A stretch of 64,000 nucleotides of DNA. It comes from Octopus vulgaris (lineage: Eukaryota). Under the pieces are notes generated by a model, which did not search any database, had not been told where the DNA came from, and saw only the letters and a program-made list of their open reading frames with translations. The number at the start of each line of letters is the position of its first letter. Position 1 is the first letter of the stretch. Of this stretch, positions 12,701 through 27,486 are shown one piece after another. A program made the position numbers and the translations under genes. Location: NCBI GenBank assembly GCA_951406725.2, contig OX597840.1, forward strand, positions 18,476,001 to 18,540,000, given 5' to 3'.

Positions 12701-14047
12701 ACTAGTACCCCAGGTTATGCAACACTAATTTCATTGAAGAATTTATCCTATAAATTTCACATGTTTTTCAAAAAAGAAATAAATTCCACTGTCACACATT
12801 CTTACCATTTTAATATTTCTTTTTCCAGTTGAATATAAAATTATGCAACACCCGTGAAGCCCACATTGCAAATGGCTGTGATCAACATATTGTCGATCCA
12901 GTTTCAGAAATTACCATTGCTAAGGTCAGTATTTCACTTGATACCTGGACAGCAGTCTTTTTGAAATCTATTTTAGTCACCTTTTAACATAATTTTAAAT
13001 ACGAATAAGTTGATAATTTAGTTCTATATTTAAGAGATGAGGAATTATTTACATTATTTACATTATTTACATTTGACAGATATTTGTCCTCATCTTGTTT
13101 GTTGTTAACACAACGTTTCGGCTGATATACCCTCCAGGCTTCATCAGGAGTCTTGGGGAAATTTCGAACCTAGGTTCTCATTCCTAAGGTATATTTTTTG
13201 ATGTTGTTGTTATTATATGCCCATGGGTATATGGCATAGTGGTTAAGAGCGCGAGCTACTAATCCCAAGATTCCAAGTTCAATTCCAGGTAGCAACCTGA
13301 ATAATAATAATAATAATAACATCAAAAAATACCTTAGGAATGAGATTCCAGGTTCAAAATTTCCCCAAGACACCTGAAGAAGGCTGGAGTGTATATCAGC
13401 CGAAACGTTGTGTTAACAACAAACAAGATGGGGACAAATATCCATCAAATGTAAATAATGTAAATAAGGTGATTATTTATTTTTAAACGTATAAAAGCCG
13501 ACAGAACAGCAGAGACTGGATAAGATATCCTTATAAAACAGAAAACTTTATCAACAATCAGTCTCATGGCTGGCTGCTGACCAATTTTTCTGCTTTTATA
13601 AGGATCTTTTATCCACTCTCTGCTGTTCTGTCAACATTTATGCATTTGAAAATAAAATTATCATCTTATTTGTATCTCAATACACATTTCAAGGCTTCTT
13701 AAACAAATATTAGTTTGTTTACATTTATTGTAATTTGAAATTAAAAATTTTATACATGTGGCTGTGTGGTGAGTAGCTTGCTTCCCAACCACATGGTTCT
13801 GGGTTCAGTCCCACTGTGTGGCACCTTGGGCAAGTGTCTTCTACTATAGCCTCAGGCTGACCAAAGTCTTGTGAGTGGATTTAGTAGACAGAAACTGAAA
13901 GAAGCCTGTCGTATATATATATATTTATTTTTATATATATATATATATTTATTTTTATATATATATATATATATATTTATTTTTATATATATCTATATAT
14001 ATATATATGTATATATATATATGTATATATATGTATATATATATATG

Positions 14048-14144
<97 letters not shown>

Positions 14145-14146
14145 GT

Positions 14147-14178
<32 letters not shown>

Positions 14179-14513
14179 GTATATATATGTATGTATATAT
14201 GTATGTATGTATATGTATATATATATATATGTATATATATGTGTGTGTGTGTATATGTTTGTCCCCACCAACATCACTTGACAACCGTTGCTGGTGTGTT
14301 TACATCCCTGTCACTTAGCAGTTCGGCATGAGAGACTGATAGAATAAGTGCTAGGCTTACAAAGAATAAGTCCTGGGGTCAGTTTGCTTGACTAAAGGCA
14401 GTGCTCCAGCATGGCCACAGTCATATGACTGAAACAAATAAAAGAATAAAGAAAAAGAAAAAAGAACACATACACATGTGCATGTCTCTCTTTAAAATGC
14501 ACACACACACACG

Positions 14514-14599
<86 letters not shown>

Positions 14600-14612
14600 C
14601 CCACGCACACGC

Positions 14613-14677
<65 letters not shown>

Positions 14678-14909
14678 CACACACACGCACACGCACACGC
14701 ACACGCACACGCACACGCACACGCACACACACACACACACACACAAGTGTGTATGTATGATTAAGAAGTTTAGTTCTCACCCACATGGCTTTCAGATCAA
14801 ATTTACAGTGTGGCATCTGAAGCAAGGTGCCTTCTTTTACAGCCACAGGGGCCTAGCAAGAGCCTTATGAATAGATTTGGCAGCCTAAAATCGAAAGAAG
14901 CCAGTGTGC

Positions 14910-14940
<31 letters not shown>

Positions 14941-16434
14941 TATATATTTGTGTGCGTGCATGTGGATGTGTGTAAATGCAACCAGTACATCATACAAAAT
15001 GTTTGGATTTAGGAAGAGCATCCAGCTGTAGGAACAATGACAAAGCTGACACCAGAGCATGATATGGCCCTGGGGCTCACGGAATTTTGTCAAATTAAAA
15101 GGCGGAGAGCTGGCAGAAACATTAGCACGCCAGACGAAATGCTTAGCGGTATTTCGTCTGCCGCTATGTTCTGAGTTCAAATTCCGCCGAGGTCGACTTT
15201 GCCTTTCATCCTTTCGGGGTCGATAAATTAAGTACCAGTTATGCACTGGGGTCGATATAATTGACTTAATCCATTTGTCTGTCCTTGTTTGTTCTCTCTG
15301 TGTTTAACCCCTTGTGGGTAGTAAAGAAATAGGAATTTTGTCAAATTGCCCAACTCTGCCAGCATGGAAAATGAACTGAGCGATCATAATCCTGTGGGTT
15401 GGTGGGTGCTGGTGCCACATAAAAGCACCCAGTTCAATCTGTAAAGAGACTGGCATTAGGAAGGGCATCCAGCTGTAGAAACCATGCCAAAACGGATATG
15501 GAACCTGGGTAGATCTTCAGCTGTCCAACTCCAGTTAAGCCTTCCAACCCATGCCAGCATGGAAATAGATGTTAATCAATGTTGATGATAGATATAGATA
15601 GATAAGACCTGTCTGTGCTCGAGAAAACCTGCCAAGCTAAGTGAAATCATAGTTATGGCCAATGCCGGTGCCATATAAACGGCATCGATGCTGGTGGCAC
15701 GTAAAAAGCACCTTTCGAGCATTGGGCCTCACAGAAGCAATGACAAGCGATTAAGATCTTTGGCAATCTGCTGTGCTTGAGAAGAAGACCCATCGATACT
15801 GGGGTCACGCAACTGGCAACTGTGCTGGTGGCACATGAAAGCACCCATTACACTCTTGGAGTGCTTGGTGTTAGGGGGGGCATCCAGCCGTAGAAATCAG
15901 ACTGGAGTCTGGTGTAGCCTTCCAGCTTGCCAGCCCTGGTCAAACCATCCAACCCATGCCAGCATGGACAATGGACATTAAGTGATGAGGATGATGTATA
16001 CACACACAACTGTTAAGTTCCTTATATATTACAACATTAATCTTTTTATCAATAGAATCGACCCACAGCAGATGGACAAAATGCGATCCAAATTCAGCCA
16101 CAGAAGATCAAGTTACGAGTACGACCTCGTAAGTAACAATTCTTTTTTTTATTATGAGATATGTACATATTTATGACCGTGTGTGTACCGTTGGTGATTT
16201 TTTTTCCTCTGTCTTCCCTTCTCTGGATCTTTCCTTCTCCTATGTTTCCGACGAAGAGCTCCGCTCAAAACGTTAAACCCTCCTTCTTTCCTTCTTTCCT
16301 GAGCGTCCAATAATACTATATTTGTTCCACGTCCTCGCGTTGTTGTTTTTTTGTGCTTTCTTGTTTGGATTATCTATATATATATATATATATTTACACA
16401 CACACACACACACGTGTGTTTTCGTGCATGTATG

Positions 16435-16484
<50 letters not shown>

Positions 16485-19400
16485 TCTAATTTACTCTTTT
16501 TCTTTGTTTTTGCCCTTCCTTTGCCCCTCTCATTTATGCAATCACTATTTTCTTTCTTCTCTTTCCCTTTCCCCATTCTCGCTCTCCTCCACCCTCTCCT
16601 CTCCCAATTTTTTTATTTCTTTCCCCTCCTCTCCCTCACTCACACTGCACCCCTGTCTTTCCTTCTCTCTTCCACCCATCATATCACCTATACAATCTCT
16701 ATTTCCTGTTCCCACAACTCTTTCACTCTCTCACTCCCCCCCCTCTCTCTATCTCTTTTCCTTCTCCCTCCCTCCCTCATCACCAATACACTTTCAGTGT
16801 TCAATCTCCCCCTTCACACCCTCTCTTAATACTCTCTTTTCTCTCACCACCACCAGATGAAACCGTGGAGATACCATTCCAGTTCTACTTTGCCAAAGAC
16901 AGTCCAGTGGACCTCTACTTCCTCATGGATCTATCCTATACCATGGCGAAATACATCAACCAGCTGGCCACGGTCTCACTTGCACTCGGTAAGTACTTCA
17001 ACCAAGTCACCAGTATGTAGAGGTCAGGAGTCATGTGGGGGCAGCTGGGGGCCCTGGACTAGAATACCCACCACATGGCAAGTTGTCAGGCCTTCAGCCC
17101 CATTTCTGTTTTCCTGATTGACATTACACAGGGTGTCCCAGTATTAACAATCCATTTCAATGAAATCAGGTAAATTATTTAAAGAATTTTATATTTATTT
17201 CTTAATTATGATTCCAAAACAAATAGATTTATAAATTTTACATCCAAACTTTATTGAAAATTTTGTCTTGATCCCTGCAAATTTGAAACCTACCCTTAGC
17301 TTTACAAGACACATTTAGAAGCATTTCAAGGAGTTATCATCATCATCGTTTAACGTCCGCTTTCCATGCTGGCATGGGTTGGACGGTTCAACTGGGGTCT
17401 GGGAAGCCAGAAGGCTGCACCAGGCCCAGTCTGATCTGGCAACGTTTCTACGGCTGGATGCCCTTCCTAACGCCAACCACTCCATGAGTGTAGTGGGTGC
17501 TTTTTACGTGCCACCAGCACGGGGACCAGACGGGGCTGGCAAACGGCCACGATCGGATGGTGCTTTTTATGTGCCACCGGCATGGGGGCCAGGCAAGGTT
17601 GGTAATGGCCAAGGTCGGATGGAGCATTTTACGTGCCACCAGCACGGATGCCAGTCGGGCAGTGCTGGCATCTCCTGCACAAATTTCAAATCTACCCTAA
17701 GCATTCTAAGACACATTTAGAAGCATTTCAGGTGTTATTTCCTACACTGCTAACTGAATGCATTCTTTTAGTTCAGCTAAACTATTGTTCCATCCTGGGG
17801 ATGGAAGCAGAGAAAATGGTTGCAGCCAAATTGAAAAAAAAAAACTGTTTTGAACAAATGTGCAGCATCCAAAAGGAATGAAAATATAACTATGAAATTA
17901 TAAACAAAGTTTATTCTATCAGTCTCGTTTGCCAAACTGCTAAGTTACAGGCATATAAACACACCAACCAACACCAGATGTCAAGTGGCGGCAGGGGACA
18001 ACTACAGACACACACACGCGTGCATGCGCATGTGCACAATGGGCTTCATTCAGTTTCCGTCTATGAAATCCACTCCCAAGGCTTTGATTGGCCCAGTATT
18101 ATTAATTTCCACTCTTATTGCTTCAGAAGATATGCCCACCACAACAGAATTGAGATCCTAAAACCGAGATGCCACTTAAAAAGCATTGGTCTGAATGTTG
18201 GTCCCACATAAGACGCACTGGTGATGGTGCCACATAAGACGCATTGGTGATGGTGCCACATAAGACGCATTGGTGATGGTGCCACATAAGACGCATTGGT
18301 GATGGTGCCACATAAGACGCATTGGTGATGGTGCCACATAAGACGCATTGGTGATGGTGCCACATAAGACGCATTGGTGATGGTGCCACATAAGACGCAT
18401 TGGTGATGGTGCCACATAAGACGCATTGGTGATTGTGCCACATAAGACGCACTAGTGATGGTGCCACATAAGACGCACTAGTGATGGTGCCACATAAGAC
18501 GCATTGGTGATTGTGCCACATAAGACGCATTGGTGATGGTGCCACATAAGACGCACTAGTGATGGTGCCACATAAGAAGCACTGGTGATTGTGCCGCATA
18601 AGATGCACTGGTGATGGTGCCACATAAGACGCATTGGTGATGGTGCCACATATAAAGCAGCCAGTACACTCCAAGTGATTGGCATTGGGAAAGGCATCTA
18701 ACTGTAGGAAACCTAAGCAAAACAATGAGATTTGGTGCAGCCTCTGGCCTTTCCAGTTCCTCTCAAGCCGTCCCACCCATGCCAGCATGGAAAATGGACG
18801 TTAAATGATGATGATGTGAAAGGCAGGTTGTCTGGTGATGGGAAGATCCTGCCTTGCTTGGAAACCAGTGAAGGTTGATGGCAAGGTGCAGGCATCTGCA
18901 GACAGAAAGTCTGCCTCAGTCAATTCTGTCAGAACCATGCAAGAATGGAAAAGTGGATGTTTGAGGATGATACACAAACACATGTGTGTGTGTGTGTGAG
19001 TGGTTTAGTGGTCAGAGTATTTATGGCGGCGAGCTGGCAGAAACGTAGCACGCCGGGCGAAATGCTTAGCGGTATTTCATCTGCCATTACGTTCTGAGTT
19101 CAAATTCCGCCGAGGTCGACTTTGCCTTTCATTCTTTTGGAGTCGATAAATTAAGTACCAGTTACACACTGGGGTCGATATAATCGACTTAATCCGTTTG
19201 TCCTTGTTTGTCCCCTCTATGTTTAGCCTCTTGTGGGTAGTAAAAAAATAGGTATTTCGTCTGCCGTTACGTTCTGAGTTCAAATTCTGCCGAGGTCGAC
19301 ATTGCTTTCATCCTTTCGGAGTCGATAAATTAAGTACCAGTTACGCACTGGGGTCCATATAATCGACTTAATCCATCTGTCTGTCCTTGTTTGTCCTCTC

Positions 19401-22400
19401 TGTGTTTAGCCTCTTGTGGGTAATAAAGAAATAGGTATGTGGGTAGCATTTGTGATTCTTACGGGTGCGTTATGTCCTTCAGCAAAACCCTCTTTTTCTT
19501 GATGGTTCAGTGCACTCAGCTAGCAAAAATGTACCAGTAATTTGAAAGGGCCAGCCTTGTCACATTCTCTGTCATGCTGAAATCTCCATGAAGGACTACA
19601 TTTAGTGCATGTGTATCTGTGGAGTACTCAGCCACTTGCACATTAATTTCACAAGCAGGCTGTTCTGTTGATCGGATCAACCGGAGCCCTCACTGTCACA
19701 ACCAGTGGAATGCTAGTGTGTGTGTTTATAAAAATATATAGATGTATATGGCCTAGTGGTTAGAGCAGCGGACTCGCGGTCAAGGGATCGTGGGTTCGAA
19801 TCTCAGACTGGGCGATGTGTGTGTTTATGAGCGAAACACCTAAGCTCTACATGGCTCCGGCAGAAGGTAATGGCGAACTTCTGTGACTAAAAAATGGTGG
19901 TGCCCCAGCATGGCCACAGCTCATGAGCTGAAACTAGATGAAATGAAAAAATGTATGCATGTGCATATGTATGTATGTGTGCATGTGTATGTATGTATGC
20001 ATGTGTGTGTTTGTGTGTGTAAGTATGCATCTATATATTTATATATGTATTTATATATATTTATATGTATGTCTGTATGTGTGTATGTCATCATTATCAT
20101 CATCATTTAACATCCGTGTTCCAGGCTAGCATGGGTGGGATATGCATATGTATGCATATGAGTGTGTGTGTATGTATATCTTTATATATAAAACTGAAGT
20201 TGTGTGTGTATCTGTCTACTCCGATTTAGATTCCTAACTACTCCCACATTTTGCGGTGCAGTTTAACCAAAAGCGGGTATCTTATAGTCGTGATTCATAT
20301 CGAGCCCTTCTAGGTATTAGCGCGAATCTATGATGAGTTTACAATTTAAAAAAAAAATTACCATCATTTTTCCGCATTTTAATGCATTTTTGCTCGGTTT
20401 GTATAGAGGAAATAACTCTCTAAAAATGCTTATATAGTTATTTCCCTTACAAACCTGAGCAACGCTGGGCGATACTGCTAGTGTATTTATATAAATAACC
20501 TGCTGTGCTTACCTTGGATCGTAGGGTGACCTGCTCTGCTTGAGGAGACCTATTGAGTCAAGTACATCACCATCAAAATAAATATCAAATGGAAATTGTA
20601 GTTGTGATACCTGTGCCGGTGGCACGTAAAAAGCACCATCCGAACGTGGCTGATGCCAGCGCCGCCTTGACTGGATTCTGTGCCAGTGGCACATAAAAAA
20701 CACCATCTGATCGTGGCCGCTGCCAGCCTCCCCTAGCACCTGTACCGGTGGCATGTAAAAAGCACCCACTACACTCACGGAGTGGTTGGCGTTAGGAAGG
20801 GCATCAAGCTGTAGAAACACTGCCAGATCAGATTGGAGCCTGGTGCAGCCTCCTGGCTTCTCAGACCCCAGTCGAACTGTCCAACCTATGCTAGCACGGA
20901 AAACAGACGTTAAACAATGATTGTGATATATATACACACACATATATATATATGTCTACATATATATGCGTGTGTGGCGGGGTATATGTATTTATATCTG
21001 TGTGTGTGTTGTGTGTTTCTTTACACAGACTAATTCTGCATATTTTTTACCAATCCCTTGTTTACTTCCACAGTGAATGACATTCAAAAACTGACGGGCA
21101 AGCTGAATGTTGGCATCGGATCCTTCATAGACAAAGTGCTCCTACCTTACACAGACACAAGTAAAGATGCGTAAGTGAACCCTTTCTCTGCATTTCCCCA
21201 ATTCTTCTCTTTTAAAACCAAACTATTTTGCTTTCCTCATCTTTTATCTCCTCCTCTCCTTCCTCCTCATCACTATCATTAATTACTTTGACATGGTTCC
21301 TATGGCTGGATGCCCTTGCTAACACCAACCACATTACAGCGTGTGTACTGGGTGCTTTTCCCATGCCACCAGCATCAGTGAGGTCATCACACAGTATGCT
21401 AAACAACAAACCCCGAGGAAGGTAACTTTATGCTCAGAAATGAGGGCCTCATCTTCATCAAATTTAGTGTCCGTTTTCCATGCTGACATAGGTTGGACAA
21501 CTTAATAGGAACTGACAAGACCAGGGGCTGCACCAGGTTCCATTGTCTGTTTTGGCATGGTTCCTATGGCTGGATGCCCTTGCTAACACCAAATATTTTA
21601 CAAAGTGTGTACTGGATGCTTTTTCCATGCCACCAGCATTAGTAAAATCATCATACAGTATGCTAGACAAGGAACTTTGAGGCGGTGGGAACTTTATGCT
21701 TGGAGATGAGGGACATCATTATCATCTTATGTCCATCTTCCATGCTGACATGGGTTGGACAGTTTGACAGGAGTCGGTAAAGCTGTGGCCACACCAAGTG
21801 CCCATTGTCTGTTTTCGCTTGGATTCTGTGACTGGATGCCCTTTTTGTGTCGCAGGCAGGGGTGCCCATTCATGTGTCACCAGCATCGATACCTTTTACA
21901 TGCCATACACTCTTTTACTCTTTTACTCGTTTCAGTAATTTGACTGTGGCCATGCTGGAGCACCGCCTTTAGTCGAGCAAATCGACCCCGGGACTTATTC
22001 TTTTTGTAAGCCCAGTACTTATTCTATCGGTCTCTTTTGCCGAACCGCTAAGTGACGGGGACGTAAATACACCAGCATCGGTTGTCAAGCAATGCTAGAA
22101 GGACAAACACAGACACACAAACATATACATACACATACATATATATATACATATATATGACAGGCTTCTTTCAGTTTCCGTCTACCAAATCCACTCACAA
22201 CGCAGTGGGACTGAACCCGGAACCATATGGTTGGTTAGCAAGCTACTTACCACACAGCCACTCCTGCACCTATATATATATATATATAAATATATGAGTT
22301 AATTTTGAGTGTTGGGCCTCATGGAGGCAAAGAGGCCAAGATCCTTTCAAGTTTTGGGCTTCACGGAGGCAATAACCAAGACCTTTGGCATTATGTCGAG

Positions 22401-22640
22401 CTTGAGAAGAAGACCCATCAAGTTGAGCAAAATCACAGTTGTGGCAGATACCAGTGTCACAGAAATTGGCACACGTGCCGGTGGCATGTAGAAACTCTCA
22501 TTACATTCTCGGAGTGGTTGGCATTAGGAAGAGCATCCTGCTATAGAAAACCATGCCAAATCAGACTGGATCTTGGCGCAGCCTTCCAAAATGCCAGCCA
22601 TGCCAGCATGGACAACAGACGTTAAATGATGATGATCACA

Positions 22641-22680
<40 letters not shown>

Positions 22681-25600
22681 TACTTGCTACATTAGTGCTT
22701 GCTTGGCCGAATCGATGCTTGTTGAATTTTTACTTGCTGAGTAAGGGTGTAATGATTTAAGGCCCCTGTGGTACGGGGGTCCATATAAGATTTTGGTGGT
22801 TCACTTAAGCGATATAGAAAACTGAATACCAGCAGTATTATTTTCAGCGTTCATAAAAAATTTTCCAAAAAGGCAGTGCTCCAGCAAGGCCACAGTCAAA
22901 TGACTGAAACAAGTAAAAGAATAAAATAATGTATTTATCACAAGAAACAAGCAAGATTTCTGTTTAGCATTTTATGTAGTTCAACTTTCACAAATTCATG
23001 TGTGAAAGAGCAAAATAGGAATTTTAGCCCGGGTTTACGAGTTTCATTTTTCAGCGCACTTTTGTATAGTGAGATTTTCAAACACAAAATCCAAATTTTG
23101 AACAAAGTGCCAAGGTTTCTACCTCCCTAACAAATGCTTCTGCGTGTTACTGAATTTTTTATTGAGAGAGAAAACGCTTATTCTAAGTAAATAACTCTCG
23201 ATTTGTTTTTTAAAAAAAAATCTACAAGTCCGTCTACAAGTGTTTGTGAGATGGTGGGTGCGAGTCTGGTGGGAGTAAAAGTGATTCAAAAAACGATTAT
23301 AATAATAATATGGATTTTTTCGGTTTGAACGGCAGATTTTTCTAGCGGTGTCATATGAAATTGTCACCCATAATTATGACCCTAGTATCGATCTATTGCA
23401 TTTCAATCTGTTTTAGGGTTAGGGTTGGGGGGAAGGGTATCTTTTTTTCTTCACAAATATAAATAAACCCAATCTGTTTCTTAAACGAGGGACATATTCA
23501 TACGGCACAGAATGTTTTTTTTTACCTCAATAGACGTCAGTGATTGGTTGAAATTGCAGAAAAAAAACAACAAATATCTTATAAACTTTAGAATTTTCTC
23601 AATAAAGCCAAGAGAAAAAGATGTTTTATAAACACATTCTACCAATATACGAAGTTTAAAATTTTTTAGTTACCTAGAAATTATGTTAAAAACTGCCGTT
23701 CAAACCGAAAAGATCCAATATTTTTTATTATAAAGGATCTTGACATTCATTTTATTTTACATAAAATATCTTTTACATTCTACTGTTATTTTATTGCCAT
23801 TTATTTACGAGTATTATAAGTTTTATAAGTAAAATATTTTTCTGGGAACGAATTTAGATTTATAACATTGCCTCTATGAGAAATTATTGCTCCACTTTAT
23901 GAGCAGTCACCGGGAACAGATTATCTCGTAAGGTATGGCGGGGTCCACCAGGATAAAATAGTAATCAAAGGGGTCCATTGGTACAAAAAATAGTTGAGAT
24001 CTACGAGCTTAATGGAATATGGTTTTTTCTAAAGTCAGCAAAATCTTGAAGCTTTGAATATTCAAGGGAAGTAACTCCTGTATACATTTGCAACAGTTTT
24101 CAAAGCTAAAAATTGTGTGGAAGCTACTGGCCTTGCAAGGAAGTCTTTTTATAATAAAATAATAATGAAATTATTGTATACAGTGCTCAGGTTCAGCACA
24201 ACTTGTCAAAAGGGCATATAAAGCATATGCAGTAATGTAAAAATGTCTGGGAAGCGAACAGTGTATGAGTCAGATACATGCTTGCGTGTGTATGGAGGGG
24301 AGAAAATCAGGTGTAGTGTAGGCAAATCTCAGGAAGCATGGAAGTTTTGAAGGATGCAGTGCTCCGACAACTAACAACTGATGCCGGCAGTTTGTTCCAT
24401 GCTTCATCAACTCTTAGCATGAAAAAATGTTTCTGAAAGTCATGGGAGCTGTGCTGTTTTCTGACTTTGTAAACAAAGTATTATAAGTTTTCTGACTTTG
24501 TAAACAAAGTATTATAACACGGGTGTTAGACAGGTGGAGTTTGAAAAGGTGCTCAGAGTTATTGTTAGTAAGATGGTTAATAATTTTATGGGTGTCTACC
24601 AAGTCAGCTGCCATACGTCGGAGTTTCAATGTGTCCATGCCCAGGGAAGTAAGGCGTTCCGAATATGGCAAATGCCTGAAACAATAAACTTCTGATGACA
24701 TTAAGCCAACAACATTACAATCAGCAACACCTTAAGCCTGTTTTGGGACCCAGGAGATTGAATAACAAAGACCCTTTAACCTTGTCTATGACGTGTGTGT
24801 GTGTGTGTGTGTGTAGTGTGTACATGCATCTGTGTGTGTCTTTTATTTGTTTGGGATTAGTTTGCAGCCATACTGGGGCAACACCTTGAAGAATTTTTGT
24901 GGAATGTATCAGCCCCAGGTACTTCATTTTTTAAAGCCTGCTAGTTATTCTATCGATCTCTTTTTGCCGAACAGCTAAGTTATGGAAGACGTAAACGTAT
25001 AAACACTGGTTGTCAAGCGGTTGTGGGGGACACACAGGCGTGATCTCAGGAATTTTTCAAAGGGAAGGTCACAAGGTCAGGAGAGATTACAATTCTAGGA
25101 GAAAAGGGCATAATAACATTATTTAGAAAGGCGATCTTCTTTTCTTGAGAGGGGCACGTGCCCCTCAGCTCCGCCCCTGACACACGGATACAAAGATGTA
25201 ATTAAAATGTCCTTAGTTCATTGTAGTCTTCCATGAAACTGTATCGGGCGAATGAGTTGTCAATAAATACAGGGACGGAGTGGGTTGTTATCAGTTTGTG
25301 CTGGTCGCCATTGAGAGATCAGATGTTCTAGAACCCATCCCCCCACTTTTTTTTTCTTTTCTATTCTAGGTACAAGGCCTGAAATTTTTGGGCAGGTGGG
25401 GGGAGTCAATTAGATTGATCCCAGTATGCAACAGGTATTTCATTTATTGACCTGGCGAGCTGGCAGAAACATTAGCATGCCGGGCGAAATGTGTAGCCGT
25501 ATTTCGTCTGCCACTACGTTCTGGGTTCAAATTTCGCCGAGGTCGAATTTGCCTTTCATCCTTTCGGGGTCGATAAATTAAGTTACGTTTGTCTGTCTTT

Positions 25601-27431
25601 GTTTGTCCCCTCTGTGTTTAACCCCTTGTGGGTAGTAAAGAAATAGGTATTTAATTTATCGACACCCCCACCACCACCACCAAAAGGATGACAGACTTTG
25701 GTGAAATTTGAACTCAGAACGTAAATACTGCTAAGCATTTTGCCCGGTGTGCTAACATTTCTGCCAGCTTGCTACCTTAAACCCTGTTCTGCCGATTGAC
25801 TCAGCAAAACAGGGATAATAGTGGCCCTTTGGAGAAATTGAGTCTCCTTGGATAGGGTAGCTGTTATAGTGAGTATCACTGACCATTCTCCATGGAAACA
25901 CCCCCAGTTGTTTTGTGATGTCTGGCCCATCACCCACCCCCCCACATCGTCTGCTGTTTTATCCTCTTCCCCTTTTTCTTTTCTTCCTTTTCCTTCCTTC
26001 CTGCTCCTTTGTATTTCAATATTAATTTTAAAATTCTATTACTGTGTCGCAACAAACCACATCTGACCCCTGCAAGCATAGTAAGCTTCACATTGTGATG
26101 ATGATGATGACAATGATGATGATGATAATGATGTTGATGCTGTTGCTTAACCAAACTTTTTTTTTTTTCTCCAGTATCAAAAATCCTTGCTTCTCTCAAA
26201 AATTAAAATGTGAAAGTCCGTATAACTTCAAACAAGTTGTGAAGTTGACAAGCCAGTTTCAAGCTTTCAGTGTAAGTAATGCTGTCTTTTCTTATTTTAG
26301 TATGGTATTTATTTGGCTGATGGAAACTGAAAGAAACCCATCATGTGTGTGTGTGTGTATACATGGTGGTTTCTCTCATCGAAGACGATGAATGAGGGTT
26401 CAGTAAATAACCTTCAGCAATTCCTAAGCCCTGTGACACCGCATGTGTACCTTCAATCCAGCAGATGTCTTGCACACTTTCTCGCAAATGGTACACCTGC
26501 ATGTATTCGTTGGCTCAAAATGTCTTCTTGAGTGGACAGCTGACCCAGCTTTGCTTCGTGCTTTGAACCCACAGTGACACACAGTCATTGTTTGGTGGAT
26601 TTTGCTGATGATGCGTTGCTTTCAAATTTGCACGAAGGTCGTCCCTATGACAAAGACGGTTACTTTCAAATTCTCTAGTCTTTAGAAAACACATTTTCCT
26701 CCATTTTATCTTTAAGTCTTATATGTATTACATTGTTACCTCTGCCTTAGTGAAGGCAGAGGTATTGTTTTCGGTCATGTTTGTTTGTTTGTCCAAGGAC
26801 AAGGTATCTTGAGAACCGCTTGGTGGATTCGGATGAAGCTTTCAGAGATGTTTGGCCTCATGACTGGTGCAAACTGATTAGATTTTGGGATTGATCCAGT
26901 ACCGGACAAATATTTTGGATTATTTTTCCTGCTTTTTTACTTAATTTTTGAGAGCAGACAGGTTCGTTTTTAGTATTCTCGTTTATGTTAGTTAGTTAGT
27001 TAATTTGGCTCAAAAGCAAATAGCAAGGCCATGTAGGGGGACATGGAGTTAAGTACAGGGTGGTGTTCATGTAAAGAGTTCAGGCCACTTGAGGTCCAGG
27101 GAGGCTTTGAACAAAGCGGTCGTTGGCATCTTCACCATCTCGTCTGGCAGCTTGTTCCACGGATCTGCAACCCGGACGGAGAAAGCTCCTCTCCTTCGAT
27201 TGAGATGAAATCGTCGCAGGTAGAGCAGTCAAATTTATTTCAGATTTTCTCATTTTAAAAATCATCTGCTAACCATTGAGAAGACGTTGGTGTTGCCTTG
27301 GCAGAGGTTTGCACTCTCTGAGTGCTCTTCATATGATATATTTTTATCATGATACAAATAAAATAAAATTAAATAAGTGTCCACTATATTTCTTCTCCAT
27401 TTTCTTATATTAACATAACAAAAATAAATAA

Positions 27432-27486
<55 letters not shown>

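Noticed and set aside
18204-18650. 26-bp repeat array as a CRISPR
   Set aside because: Units are contiguous with no unique spacers, there are no cas genes, the context is eukaryotic, and the unit derives from a retroposon subrepeat.
19745-19815. tRNA genes here and at 13225-13298 and other A/B-box sites
   Set aside because: Acceptor and anticodon stems are broken and each continues into a repeated SINE body.
23412-23428. TTAGGG repeats as an interstitial telomere
   Set aside because: Only two units, internal to a TIR-bounded MITE.
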